Below, piece by piece: positions 38,103-51,593 of a stretch of 64,000 bases of DNA. Each line of letters opens with the position of its first letter. Within the stretch, counting starts at the first letter, position 1. The position numbers were made by a program, and so were the translations under genes. The DNA lies in assembly GCF_006345805.1 (NCBI RefSeq), contig NC_042997.1:58094001-58158000 (forward strand), written 5' to 3'. Under the pieces are notes generated by a model. That model had not been told where the DNA came from and did no database searches. It worked only from the letters and a program-made list of their open reading frames with translations. Source of the stretch: Octopus sinensis (Eukaryota).

Positions 38103-38814
38103 ATCTATCTATGCTTACATACATAAGTAAACATATGTGCAAGTGTGTGTATGTTTATATTTTTATGTTATTCACATATGCTTAAACACACACAGATATG
38201 TACACAGAAAAATACATATGTACAGACACACACACATAGATATATGCACACAAAGACATACACATACACAGCCCAGTTCACACAGATATTTCTAAATTAT
38301 TTCTTGAGATTGTGTGTATGTTTCATCCAATCTTTTATTAGAAAAAGCTGAGATAATTAATTACTTACTCAGCAACTAGAATAATAGCAGACACCCTTCA
38401 GAGCTCTCAACATGATGGTGGGTTGCAGGAACATCATTCCTGGCTAGAGCAGCGCTCATAATTACAATATTTATGTGTAATTATGTGTAATTATGTGTGT
38501 GTGTGTGTGTGTGTGTGTTTCTGTAATTATATATTTATAAGCATGAAAGTACTTTTTGTTAATTTTTTATATACATTTTTGCACATGCATGTATGCATGC
38601 ACACACACACACACACATATATATTAGTTTATAAAGACAAACACCAGATTACATATACATAAATATACAAATACTCATATATATATATGCACACACACTC
38701 ACATAAAAGTAGATAATAGATACTCATGTACTTCACAATATGTTTGTGTGTGTGTGTGTGTATGTGTGTTGAGAGAGAGGGAAGAGAGAAAGAAAGAGTG
38801 GGAGAATATATATA

Positions 38815-41685
38815 TCATCATCATCATCGTCGTCGTCGTTGTTTAACGTCTGTTTTCTGTGCTGGCATGGGTTGGACGGTTTGACTGAGAGCTGGCAAGC
38901 CAGAAGGCTGCACCAGGCTCCAATCTGATCTGGCAAAGTTTCTACAGCTGAATGTCCTTCCTAATGCCAACCACTCCGAGAGTGTAGTGGGTGCTTTTTA
39001 TGTGTCACAGACACAGGAGCCAGTCAGGTGGCATTGGCATTGACCACACTTGAATAGTGTTTTTTACCTGCCCCTGTAATGGGTGCCAATCAGGAGGTAC
39101 TGGCATTGGCCATGACAATGAGTTCACTTGACTCAACAGGTCTTCACAAGCACAGTTTATTGCCCAACAATTGAAGGGTACTCTTAAATGGGCTAGTTAT
39201 GCTGCACTGGCATAGGCCAGAGCTACGGTCTCACTTGGCTTGCCGGGTCTTCTCAAGCACAGTATATCTCCAAAGGTCTCAGTCACTTGTCATTGCCTCC
39301 GTGAGGCCCAACGTTCAAAGGTTGACTCCACCACCTCATCCCAGGTCTTCCTGGGTCTACCTCTTCCATAGATTCCCTCTACGACTAGGGTGTGAAAATT
39401 TCACACAACTGTCCTCATCCATATGCAACACATGACCATACCAGCACAGTCGTCTCTCTTGCACACCACATCTGATGCTTCTTATGTCCAACTTTTCTCT
39501 GTTGTGTATGCACACTGACATTACACATCCAGAAGAGCATACTAGTTTCCTTTCTTGCAAGCTTATGCATGTCCTCAGTAGTCACGGCCTATGTCTCACT
39601 GACATGTAGCATGGCTGTTCACACACTTGCGTCATACATTCTACCTTTTACTCAGAGTGAGAGGCTCTTTGTCACCAGCAGAGGTAGGAGCTTTCTGAAC
39701 TTTGCCCAGGCTATTCTTATTCTAGCAGCTACACTCTCAGAGCATCCACCCCTACTGCTGACTTGGTCAACAAAGTAACAGAAGCTATCAACTAGTTCTA
39801 GATTTTCCCCCTGGCATGTAATGGAAGCTGTTTTCTGCACATTTTCAGTGTTTATTGCTCCTGAGCATTTGCCACACACACAAAACTATCTTCCCAGTTA
39901 GCCTTCCTTTGATATTGCTACATTTCTTATGTGTCCATAGCTTACACCGGATACATCTTATGGCGTTCCTACCTACACCTTTTCTACAGATTGAGCAGGG
40001 CTATCTACCTGAAGGGATTTGTGATTTGTCTGCTTTCCTACTTATTAAGACTTTGGTTTTTGCTGGATTGACTCTAAGGCCTTTTGATTCTAGACCTTGC
40101 TTCCACACCTGAAACTTTTCTAGTTCTGATAGTGACCTAGCTATTAGAGCAAAGTCATCAGCATAGAGGAGCTCCCAGGGGCATCCTATCTTGAATTCCT
40201 CTGTTATAGCCTGGAGGACTATGATGAATAAGATGGGCTGAAGACTGATCCTTGGTGGGCCCCTCACCTTACTGGTAGCATCCCTGTACATGGCTTGTAC
40301 AGCTCTCACTAACAACTCATCTATCCCTAGTTTCCGCATTCACCACCAGATAAGTGATTGGGTGACTCTATCAAAGGCTTTCTCCATATCAACGGAAGCC
40401 AGGTACAGAGGTTTATCTTTGGTTAGGTATTTCTCCTGTAGCTGTCTCACCAGAAATACAGCATCAGTGGTGCTTTTCCCTGGCACAAACCCAAACTGCA
40501 TCTCTTCTAAACTAACTCTCTCCCTAATTAGTTGGGCTATGACCCTCTTCTTGACTTTCATTACCTGATCCAACTACTTGATACCTGTGTAATTATTCAT
40601 ATCTAATGCATCACCTTCACCTTTGTAGCAGTTGACTATGATGCTGTTTCACCAGTGATTGGGTATGACTCCTTCATGTATCACCTGATTGACTATATGG
40701 GTGACAAGACTATAGCCGACACCGCCCGATATCTTAAGCATCTCTGTGGTGATTCCTGATGGGCCAGAGGTTTTTCCCTGTCTTCATACCCTTAATTGCT
40801 TTATCTACCAAGGTACTGTCAATTCGGATAGCTGGTCACTCAGTTGGGTCAATGTTCAGTAGACTCTCTTTCTCCCATTCATTCTCTTCATTTAGCAATC
40901 TTTCATATCAGCATCTCCAAGTATCTTTCTTTGCAGCCTCATTAGTTGCAAGTGAGCCGTCATTCATGCAGACACATTTCTTTCCTATGACATCATGATT
41001 CTCTCTCACACACTGTCTTGCAATACAAAACACTTCAAGTCTTTGGTCCTCACAATGCAGAACATTGGCAAATTTTTTCTTGTCTGCTTCCCTCTGACTA
41101 AGTAAACCTGTCTCCTAGCTTCCCATCTGGCAATCTGATACAATTCCCTGCTACCACTGTTCTTCCAGTCCTTCCATGCCTGTTTCTTTTCCCTAATGGC
41201 CCTGTCTGTTCCACCACCATGTTACCTTGGGTTGAGAGGGGCCTTTGCACCATCCACAGATCTGGTCAGTAGCCCTCAACAGTTGTCTTCCACATCATGT
41301 GATGCTATATCCTCCTCTATTTCATCAAAAGCTTCAAGTAATACGTCTCTAAATCTCTGTCTATTCACAGGATCCTTAAGCTTTCAGACCCTTCTTCTCC
41401 ATGCTGGTCATCTTCTGGGCATCCATTTAGCCCTGAACCTGAAGTCACTAACTACTAATCTATTTTGTGCGGCGCATTCTTCATCTGGGAAGATTTTGGC
41501 CTTTATAAGTAGCTATCTTTCCCATTTCCTGGTGAGGATATAGTCAAATTGACTAGTGTGTCCATCAAACTGGTAGGTGAATAGGTGACTGGCTGGTTTC
41601 CTGAAGTTAGTATTACAAACCATAAGATCATTTGCCTCACAGAACTCCAGTAGCCTGATTCCCTCCTCATTGTGGGAACCAAATT
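38815..41685 (-). mobile_element. Second long RTE LINE, 5'-truncated, heavily frameshifted
   Basis: NEEGIRLLEFC (endonuclease), QFGFVPGKST, DMEKAFDRV, LYADD, C-terminus, 3'UTR and tail. Confidence 0.9.
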
Positions 41686-41990
41686 TCAACTGTGCCTCGG
41701 AAAATCTAATCTATGCCACTACATGCTTAGGGTGTGGTAATCATTATATTGGCCAAACAAGAATATCACTCTGTCGAAGAACCACTCTCCACAAAGAACA
41801 AATCTGCCACCCACAATACAGACAGATACAGGTCAGTGAACACATAGAAAGGTATACTAGGAACCTTAATCCTAATTTCCTAATTTTCCCCTTTTATCAA
41901 TGTTCACAGAAAATCTCAGTACAACAAAGAATGACTAAAGAGGCAACTTTCATCAATAAATATCTTCCACAACTCAATATGAACACATGA
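41686..41990 (+). pseudogene. GIY-YIG endonuclease C-terminus of a Penelope-like element
   Basis: FNCASENLIYATTCLGCGNHYIGQT...H...R..KE..FI...P.LN signature in ORF 41670-41990. Confidence 0.85.
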
Positions 41991-44059
41991 CTTAATACAG
42001 AACACTACTAACCTTTGAATTAATACCACCCATACATCCCATACACCATTCACATTACAGATCTATATCTACCTTAATTGCACCAAATCCAGAACTACTT
42101 ACCTCCCTTACACATAATCTTTTTACTCAGAGACTAGTAGACCCGACACCGTTCGGTAATTGGTGTGTATTCAAAGCAGTGGTCAGTAATTTTATGAAAA
42201 TCTTGTTACATAGCATTATCAAACTTAGAACTTACCTATCACTTTATCTAGTCATCTGGCAATCTGTGGAAGAAAGATTCATGGTTTAATGGAATGGAAA
42301 GTGGCTGCAGCAGTGCATTGTGGAGTGCAGAAAGCAAGAAGAGGCAAGTAAGACATTTTGGTTATCCACTGTATTTGTCTTTCTCCATAGTCATCTTGAT
42401 ATAATCTTACCACTAGACTGAAGATAGGCAGGAACAAGAGAGCATGGTTGACAGCAAGCAACTCTTCTTCACTTTAAACAAAGTCACTGTGCAAGTTATT
42501 AGCCATCCTAATGGGTGACCAGATGGCCTTCATTGCTCTGACCGATGAATATGAAAACAACCAAAGTTATGATTTCTCATTAATCTGTTACAGTTCTTCA
42601 CTACACCTATTGTGCACTCTATTCTCATATAAATAGGACATGATTTCATAACTTTTGGCATCTCATGAGGTGGTGAATTGGCAGAAGTGTTTGGAGCATT
42701 GAATAAAATGTTTTGCAGTTCCTGCTGAGGCCATCTTTACAAGTCATCCTTCAAGGGTTGATAAATAATATACTAGTCTCAGGCAGGACTGGTGAGATTG
42801 TTATAACAGTGGATGGGGTGCCCTACAGTATTTGTTCTTGCTGTTTGCATCCTGGGTTCAAATCTTGCTGTAGTCTATTTGGGTGACAGATATAATCTCT
42901 TGCCCAGCTTAGCACCACCATCTAGCAACTTGGGTGATTTTAGTGGAGTTCATCTGTTACTAAGCATTTGGAATAAGGTCTCTTTTGAGGAAAGCTTCCA
43001 CCCTCTCACCAGTCTTGGAGGCCCTGAATTGGTATGTGAGTACTGCCTTTCCTCTTGAGCAAGCAATTAAAAAAATTATGCTATTATTTAATTCTGATCT
43101 ATTATTCAATTCTGATCTATCAGAATTATGATCAAAGATGGTCCAATGTGATCATCTAATTCTTTAATTCAGTCATGTCTAATGTAGGATGTGATTTGAG
43201 AGAGATTTGGCTGCAATTTCTTGTAGGTTGAGTGCTGAAGAGGCTCCATCATTGATATTTACAAATTGCTACAACTGTTTAACCCCATGTTTATTCTGAT
43301 CTAGCATACTTGTGATTGAAGGCATTCCAGCCATGACCCTCACCTCTATATTTTTGGGGTACAGACTACAATATCCAATGTGTATATGAGATAATAGAGT
43401 CTGATAGATTTTTTCAGATCACATTATCCAATGTACACCTTTTAAAGAGGGTTGTATGCAATTTGAGGGAATTCTTGCTGCTATTTCTTACGAGTTGAGC
43501 CACCATGTAGAGACTCTGTCATTTTTATTATAAAAGAAAGTGATTTTAGAGCTGGATATTATTCTTCATTTGATAGGAAGCAACGTTGGAACCTGTTTAA
43601 TTAGAGAGACAAAGAATTATGTGCACATTACATTTCTCTCTCTTTCTCTCACATACATACACATACACACATAGATGTACATATAAACTTACAGACACAG
43701 ACATACAACACATACACATGCACCAAACTCATCAAATTTGTGCTTATAACTGTGATAAGTTGTTTAGTACCATAATCTTGCAGCTATTGCATTAATTTAA
43801 TATCTCATAGCTGATAACAGATATATTAGTTTAGAAGCTGTTAGTAGCATGATTTAGTAACTAATTATTGTCATTGCTAATTTATCATTTTCAGTCAAGC
43901 ATTTACAACAATTAAGACCATTCAGTTGTGAAGACCCAGGTCTACTAATAACCTTGTAATATAAAAGCAAATGTATGTATGTTCAAGTTATAGGCCATAG
44001 TTTAGCACCTAGATAGCTTTTTTAGCTCCAGACTGAGACACCAAGAATATTTTAGGTGC

Positions 44060-44630
44060 AGGTGTGGTTGTGTGGTAAGAGAAGTTTTCTCCTTATTTGT
44101 ATGGCTTTGGGTTCAGTCCCACTGTTTGGCTCCTTGGGTAAAAGTCTTCTACTATAGTCCCAGGCCAAACAAAGCTTTGTGAATAGATTTGGTAGACAGA
44201 AACTGAAAGAAGCCCATCACACACACACACACACACACCACACACACACATATATGCTGTGTGGTAAGAAGCTTGTTTCCAAACCACGTGGTTCTAGGCT
44301 CAGTCCCACTGTTTGGAACCATGGGCAACTGTTTTCTACTATAGCTTTGGGCCAACCAAAGCTTTGAGTGAATTTGGTAGATGGAAACTGAAAGAAGCAC
44401 ATTGAATATATGTGCGTGTGTGTGTTTGTTTTTGTCTCAAATCACTGTTTGACAACTGGTGCTGGTTTGTTTACATTCCCATAACTTAGTGAGTTGGCAA
44501 AAGAGACTGGTAGAATAAATACCAGACTTAAAATATAGGTACTAGGGTTGATTTGTTCAACAAAAATCCCTCAAGGTAGTGCCCCAGTATGGCCACAATC
44601 CAGTGATTGAAACAAGTAAAAAATAAAATA
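44060..44630 (+). mobile_element. SINE with duplicated head
   Basis: Two successive heads (44060, 44255) and one 3' half. Confidence 0.75.
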
Positions 44631-45012
44631 TATTCCCAAGCACTACAACAGGTATCAGAAAAAGTTTTTCGTTATAAAGCTAATTCAATATTCCAAAGAA
44701 CAAAATGTAAGAACAATATTTTATTTTATGCTCTATATATTTTGTTGTGTCTAGGGAGAGTTATGCCAATATAATTAACACACACACACACGCTGGTTTA
44801 GTTCCACTTATTTATCAAATATCCAATTGCTTTGTTTTTGTTTGTTGAAGCTCTTTTGTTGCTTCTTGCAACCTTTTCAATGACTATTAACTTAGTCTGT
44901 TATAGAGGCCACGTTTGTTTGAGATCTTTTTTTATTTTGGCACATTTTTATGAAGTTCAAATTAAGCCATCTGAATTATTTGCTCAAAGTTCTCAGTGAA
45001 TTCAGCATTTCC

Positions 45013-45259
45013 AGACCAACTGAATATTGGTTTTAAATTTTGGTACAAAGCCAGCAATTTTGGTGGAGGGAATAAGTCAATTACATTGACCCCAGTACTC
45101 AACTGGCACTTATTTTATCAACCCTGAAAAGGTGAAAGGTAAATCTGACGCCAGTGGCACTTGAACTCAGGATGTAAAGTCAGGAGAAATACTGCTAAAC
45201 ATTTTGTTTAGTGCAGTAACGATTCTGCTAGCTTGCCTCCATAGACCAACTGAATATTG
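45013..45259 (-). mobile_element. Nin-domain-like SINE with 17-bp TSD
   Basis: agaccaactgaatattg at 45013-45029 and 45243-45259. Confidence 0.85.
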
Positions 45260-46106
45260 TCAGCATCTATTCAAGACAATTTATCCCAAATAAAAATATA
45301 GTTAACTCATGTGATTATATTTATTTTAAGTATTTATAAACCAAGGATAGGCCTGAGTATAGCTGCTAATGTATTATATAAAGGTTTGATGTTGTACACC
45401 TTTATAATAATCAATAATATAAACTGGAAAATACTCTGTTTGCTGGCATTTAAGATGACTCTCATGTAAGATGTACCCCTGTTTTACAAGTATATCTTGT
45501 GGAGAAGAAACACAAACAGATTTAATGTTTCATCATACACTTATTGAAAGGTATTTCAAAGTGGTTATGTAGGGGAAAATGTATGAGTCTGTGCATGTAA
45601 ATGTAATGCCGTAATAGTTTATTGCAATAAAATATGAAACTATAAATATATATTGTTTTCAAATTCTGGCACAAGGCCAGCAATTTCAGGAAGGCCTAAG
45701 TCAGTTAAATCGACTCCAGTGCTTGAGTGGTATTTATTTTATTTGTCAGGCGAAATGCGTAGCCGTATTTTGTCTGCCATTATGTTCTGAGCTCAAATTC
45801 CGCCAAGGTCGACTTTGCCTTTCATCCTTTCGGGGTCAATTAAATAAGTACCAATTACGCACTGGGGTCGATATAATCAACTTAATCCATATGTCTGTCC
45901 TTGTTTGTCCTCTCTGTGTTTAGCCCCTTGTGGGTAGTAAAGAAATAGGTATTTATTTTTTGACCCTGAAAGGATGATAGGCAAAGTTGACCCCAGCAGC
46001 ATTTGAACCCAGGATCTAAAGATGGATGAAATGCTGCTAAGCATTTTGCTTGTGTTTGCCTGATATGCTAACAATTCTGCCAACTCATCACCTTATTCAT
46101 CATATA

Positions 46107-46323
46107 TGAGGGGGCGCTGAAAAGTTCTTGGCTTTGGGGTAAAAGAAAATACAAGAGGACAAGTTAGTTGAAATTTTATTCAACATATTCCCCTCAGATT
46201 CACATACTTATTGCAGTGGTCCTTCAGTTTTTTTCTAAGCCCTGTAAAAGAACTCAGAAGGTTGGGCCTCCAAACAGGCTTTTGCAATATCCTTAAAGCC
46301 AGGAACTTTTCAGCAGCCCCTCG
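46107..46323. mobile_element. mariner-derived MITE
   Basis: TIRs gagggggcgctgaaaagttcttggcttt / aaagccaggaacttttcagcagcccctcg with a TA flank. Confidence 0.8.
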
Positions 46324-47144
46324 TGTATTAACTATGTTATGCAAGTATCATATTTCAATTTCATTTTCTTTCAGACTAACTGTATTGTGTTTTATATGTT
46401 GGTCAAGAGAATTGCCATACAGGATGTAAAACTCATATTTTTGACAATAATGTTTTTTGTAGCTGTGATCAGCCACCAGAGTAGCACACCACCATTATGT
46501 TTTTGTTGTCATCCACTCATTGCAAATAGCTGACATGAGGGATGAAAGTTTAACATTACTTTCATCTTCCGGGGAGAATTTTCATTTAGATAACTTTAAA
46601 GTATTTCTTAAAAGTAATACAGTTACTAAATAACATAAGGCACATTATCAGATGAGTGTTAGATATGATGGGGCAGGAGGTATAATCGGATGATGTGATC
46701 TCTCCATATAACTGGATGTAAACAATATTTTTGGTAAGACTGATATTTTGGCTTGTTTTTAATATATTATTATTAGTGAAGGTGGCAAGGTGGCAGAATT
46801 ATTAGCATGCTGGGTAAAATGCTTAGTAGCATTTCATCTGTCTACATTCTGAGTTCAAATTCTGTCAAGGTCGACTTTACCTTTCATCCTTTCAGGGTCA
46901 ATGAAATAAGTACCAGTTGAGCACTGGAGTTGATGTAACTGATGTACTCCCTCCCCTGAAACTGCTGGTCTTGTACTGAAATTCGAAATCAATATTTTAT
47001 TATTAGTAACATTTATTGCACCTTGTGGACTTATGTTTATCCCACTCTCTAGCTTACAACACTCAGTCACCCATGAGTAATACAACCACATTAAATACTG
47101 GCAATTTGTTGACACTTTTAAAAATGAAAAAAACATGTCTTATA

Positions 47145-48000
47145 TGAGTTGGTATCAAAAAGTTCCCAGACTAGTTATGTCTAATAAAAAGTAACTTATT
47201 TACCTAAGTTTTAATATCATCTTCGAAATAGTCATCTTGTGCAGCAATACACCAGTCCCAGCATTCCTGCCACATTTGGAATCTGGCCTGGAAGTCGTTT
47301 TCTGTAAGCAAGTCAAGGAGTCAAGGACCTTCTGCAGTTTACTCTGGATCTACACAATGGTGTTAAAACAGTGACCTTTGAGCTACATTTTCATCTTGGG
47401 GAAGAGATAGAAGTCCACAGGTGCTAAATCTGGTGAATAGGGTGGGTGTAGAAGCAATACCATGTTGCTTTTGACAAGAAACTCACAAGTGAGGAGAACT
47501 TGGTGACAGGTTGCATTGTCATCATGAACAATGCAATTCCTCACACTCCACAGATCCGGTTGCTTTCGTTGAATATCCTTCCTCAAATGCTTCAAATGCT
47601 TGTTGATTGTCCTCCAATCCTTATACACAAACTGACAAATTTTCTCCATGTTTCAGTGGGGATGCCCATGGTAGGGATGTTCTTCCACTTTTGAAATGCC
47701 TGTGCCATTGTGTATGGCCCATTGCCTCATCCTTGTAAATGTTGTCAAAGTATGTTCAATGTCTCTGTAGCAGACTTCCCAAGTTTAATGCAAAATTTCA
47801 TGTTGGCTCTTTGTTCCACCTTCCTGTTCATGACAAAAATTGCAGACTACAGCATACACATGATCACAAAAACACAAATTTCACAAGCCACGAAATTAAC
47901 ACAGCAATGTTACTCGGAACACTGCCTCATGAAGGTCACTGCTAGCTCTCACTGAGCAAGCAACCATGTGCTGCCATCTGTTGGCATGCTGCAGAAATAG
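47145..48000 (-). mobile_element. Internally deleted mariner
   Basis: HDDNATCH...HPPYSPDLAPVDFYLFPKMK catalytic motifs; one TIR at 47145. Confidence 0.85.
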
Positions 48001-49160
48001 TACATCTTAACATGTAAAAGCAACGAAATTTAAAAAAAAGTGTTTTATTTTCGTCAAAGTTATTTATTTCTCTTTGTCATTATAACAATTCTAAAAATTA
48101 TGCTTTTTATTGATTGAAAGGAAAATAAATATTACAAAACCAAATATCTCATATGAATGAAACTGATAAAATAATGGTATGTTATCTATTTTTGTGTAAT
48201 ATATACAAGTAAAGATATGCTGTGAATCTTCCCCAAGGATTTCCTCATTAAAATATTTCTTGAAATAGCTTAAAATATTCACAGCTACAAGTAGAATCAC
48301 ATCTGTACTTCTATTGAAATTTACTCTGAACAAGTGTGAATACTATTAACAAATATAGAAGACACACGTCAGAATCACACTAGTTTTGGGAATGAGACTT
48401 TCTTTTGATTCATGTGAATTTTTAAGTAGGCGGATTTGAGTTGGTGATTTAGAAAAATAGGATAAGAAATATCTTGCGCAATCAGCAAATACTCTGTAAA
48501 GACAAATAAAATAGAATTCTCAACTGGTGCAAGTGAGAGGAGTGAAAAGCAATCGAAATATTAAATGTAGGAACAAGAAAAAAAAAACATTGGAGAATAT
48601 AATACAGCACTCTGGAAATATATATTAGTAAAAGTATGAATATGTAGAATGTAGAAACTATGTAAAATATATTGTTATCAAACAATATATTCTGTATAGT
48701 TACCACATTACTTATTGCTTATCAAATTAAAGAAAATCTGGAACACAATATACAAATTATTCCATAGGCTATGGCAAGCACAACAAATTATCAGCACCAA
48801 ACAGACTTATGTAGAGAGTAAATAGTAGATTTATTAATGATAGACGAAAAAGATTAATTACTGTACTGTATTGAAAAAACATATTTTCCATTGTAAACAT
48901 TATTTGTTTACATTGCTTTGTAACAAGTATATGAAAATATTCTCCATAACATGTATTTAAAATAAGTAGTTATCAAATATAACTGTGGGATAATAAAATA
49001 TTATTTCAACAAATTTACTGAATGTTTGTGAAATTGTTGTGGTGTTGCTGCTCTGTCACTACCTAGCGACTTATATCTCTGTTAGTTCTTTGTTCAAATT
49101 TTTATTCTGTATTTATCAATAGGTAGCAAATTGGCAGAGTTGTTACAACATTGGATAGAA

Positions 49161-49190
49161 CTAGCAGAAACATTGCCCTCTGGGCAGTTT
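49161..49190 (-). mobile_element. Helitron-like 3' end
   Basis: Hairpin ctgcccagagggcaa followed by tgtttctgCTAG|T. Confidence 0.4.
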
Positions 49191-50001
49191 TCCGGTAACC
49201 ATTAAATAATATATACATATTTGATTCCCAATTTGTGCCATTTTCCTGATATGTTGCATCTAATTTTCCTTTGCAGTATATTTTTTTTGTCTTTTGACTA
49301 ATATTGTCACTTGATAAATAAATTTAGAATAATAGCAAGCCTTCAAAGACAGTGTTAAAATTTATGAAGAAATCAGATAGTATGTTGACTTAATAAGATA
49401 AAAATTCTCAATTTATACATACTGGAAGATTTTGTAACTTTGCATGACAGTAAACTGAATTGCACATCTAATATGTACCAGAAATATAAACCAGAAAAAA
49501 AAATCATAACGAAAAACTTACTGTAGGTTCAAACATGTGATTATCTTTCTTTTTTCTTTTACTTGTTTCAGTCATTGAACTGTGGCCATGTTGGGGCATT
49601 GCCTTGATTGGTTTAATTGAATAAATCAACCCAAGTACTTATTTTTAAGCATGGTACTTACTCTATCATCTCTTTTATCAAACCACTAAGTTATGGGGAT
49701 GTAAACAAAGCAACATCAGTGTCAAGTGATGGTGAGGGACGAACACATGTACAAAGACATGCACATGCATAAAAACATACATACATGCATGAATACAAAC
49801 ATACAAATGCATATACATACATACATACAAACACACTTACATATACTGTCAGTCACAATTAATGACATCGAATTTTTTTTCTTTTTGGTTTTATATTGCA
49901 TATACCCGCCTTCATTATTTTATAACTTTCACATTACCATTTTGCTGATTCAGCCATTGATTCATATGGTAAATACTTATGTACTGATAGTTGGGATTTA
50001 A

Positions 50002-50095
50002 CCACACTATCCAGCGATAGAGTAGTCATTACTGATGAGCTTTTGATTCAAAGTGAAACTAAACTAGTATGATGATCTCGCTCGCTGTGGGGTGG
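50002..50095 (+). ncRNA. Type I hammerhead ribozyme fold
   Basis: CUGAUGA 50032-38; stem II gcttt/aaagt; GAAA 50055-58; stem III c-t-a/t-a-g; GUA triplet 50067-69; stem I gtcatta/tgatgat extended by gag/ctc, cagcga/tcgctg and ccac/gtgg. Confidence 0.8.
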
Positions 50096-50186
50096 TTACC
50101 TCCCCTGCTATTACATAGACATGTGCTTCTTTGTGGCCCTGAATTTTTCTTGTTTGGTTTTATTTACTTATAGCCGCCTTTCTTAT

Positions 50187-50903
50187 AACTTATAATGTCT
50201 CAATAAACAAAGTTTTTTTTTTGTTTTTCCAATTAGTGAATAGATGTAAAGATTTTTCTTACTTCCTACTTGCCCAAAGTGCCACACAGGGGGACTGTAC
50301 CCAGAACCACATGGTCCTGGGTTCAGTCCAACTGCGTGGTACCTTGAGCAAGTGTCTTCTACTATAGCCTTGGGTTGACCAAAGCCTTGTCAGTGGATTT
50401 GGTAGATGGAAACTGAAAGAAGCCCATTGTATAAATATATATATATGTATGTGTTTGTGTGTCTGTGTTTGTTCTCCACCATCACTTAAATACCGATGTT
50501 AGTGTGTTTACATCCCCGTAACTTGGCGGTTCAGCACAAGAGACTGATAGAATAAGTACTAGGTTTACAAAGAATAAGTCCTGGGGTCGATATGTTTGAC
50601 TATAGGTAGTGCTCCAGCATGGCTGCAGTCAAATGACTGAAACAAGTAAAAGAAAAAAGAATAAAAGAATATATATATATATATATATGTTAGCTGAGTG
50701 GCCCATTATTGTTGGGTAATTTTCACAATAGAATGCCTTTATTTCAATTATTTTATTCCTTGTGAGATCATGTCTTCTATGACAGGTGTTTTGATCAGAC
50801 AGATATCTACATTATTAGGATCAACTTATAATGTCTCAATAAATGAAGTTTTTTTGTTTTTCCATTTAGTGAATAGATGTAAAGATTTTTCTTACTTCCT
50901 ACT
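50187..50903. repeat. About 85-bp direct repeat (50187-50271 and 50823-50903) bracketing a SINE
   Basis: aacttataatgtctcaataaa...tagtgaatagatgtaaagattttt..cttacttcctact occurs twice. Confidence 0.85.
50290..50670 (+). mobile_element. tRNA-derived SINE
   Basis: Same family as 16578-17045. Confidence 0.8.
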
Positions 50904-51370
50904 CTTCAGCATGTAACTTGAAGCTGACAATGGGTGAAGACAGGGCTCTTCAAGGTGTAAACCAGCAACTAGAAATGTTTGCCCTTCTGATTTGTTGGTA
51001 GTAATGGCAAAACTAAGACTTAATGGAAATTGAAGTCATTTGAACTGGAATGCGACACTGTCTGCTGAGTCTGTGCTATGGAGGCTTTTGTGTGCTCATC
51101 ATCTAATTGATGCAGCCTGTGCTCAGGTGTCTCCTGAGACTATGTAATGGAGGCTCATAGTCTCATATTCTGGTACCAGTAATATGCAGGTGTTAATTTA
51201 ATTGACTATTCATATCTCTTGTAAAAATTGCCTTTGTGTCTAATCAAAAGAAATCATTATTTATCTGTTAATTTTAAAATTCCATTGTTCTTAGATACTT
51301 AAGAACCATGCTGTATAATCTAAAGCAACAAATTTTGATGTTTAGCAATTTGAGCTGATTCCAATATGGT

Positions 51371-51593
51371 TTAACCCTTTTCATGTCAACTCACTTGAAA
51401 TCACCTTTGAATCTATGATACAAACTTCCTAATTCAAAGAGATCTTAATTAAAACCTTCTATCAAAATTTTATATTTATGTCCCAAACACCAACTTAGTG
51501 ACAGAATTTGTTTCACTAAATTCTTCAATGCTTTCAAAATTAATTGAAACAAAGGCAGTATTTTCAACAGAAATAAGATAACAAAAGAGTTAA
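51371..51593. mobile_element. piggyBac-type MITE (reverse orientation to 8377 copy)
   Basis: TTAA-ccctttt ... aaaagag-TTAA. Confidence 0.65.
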
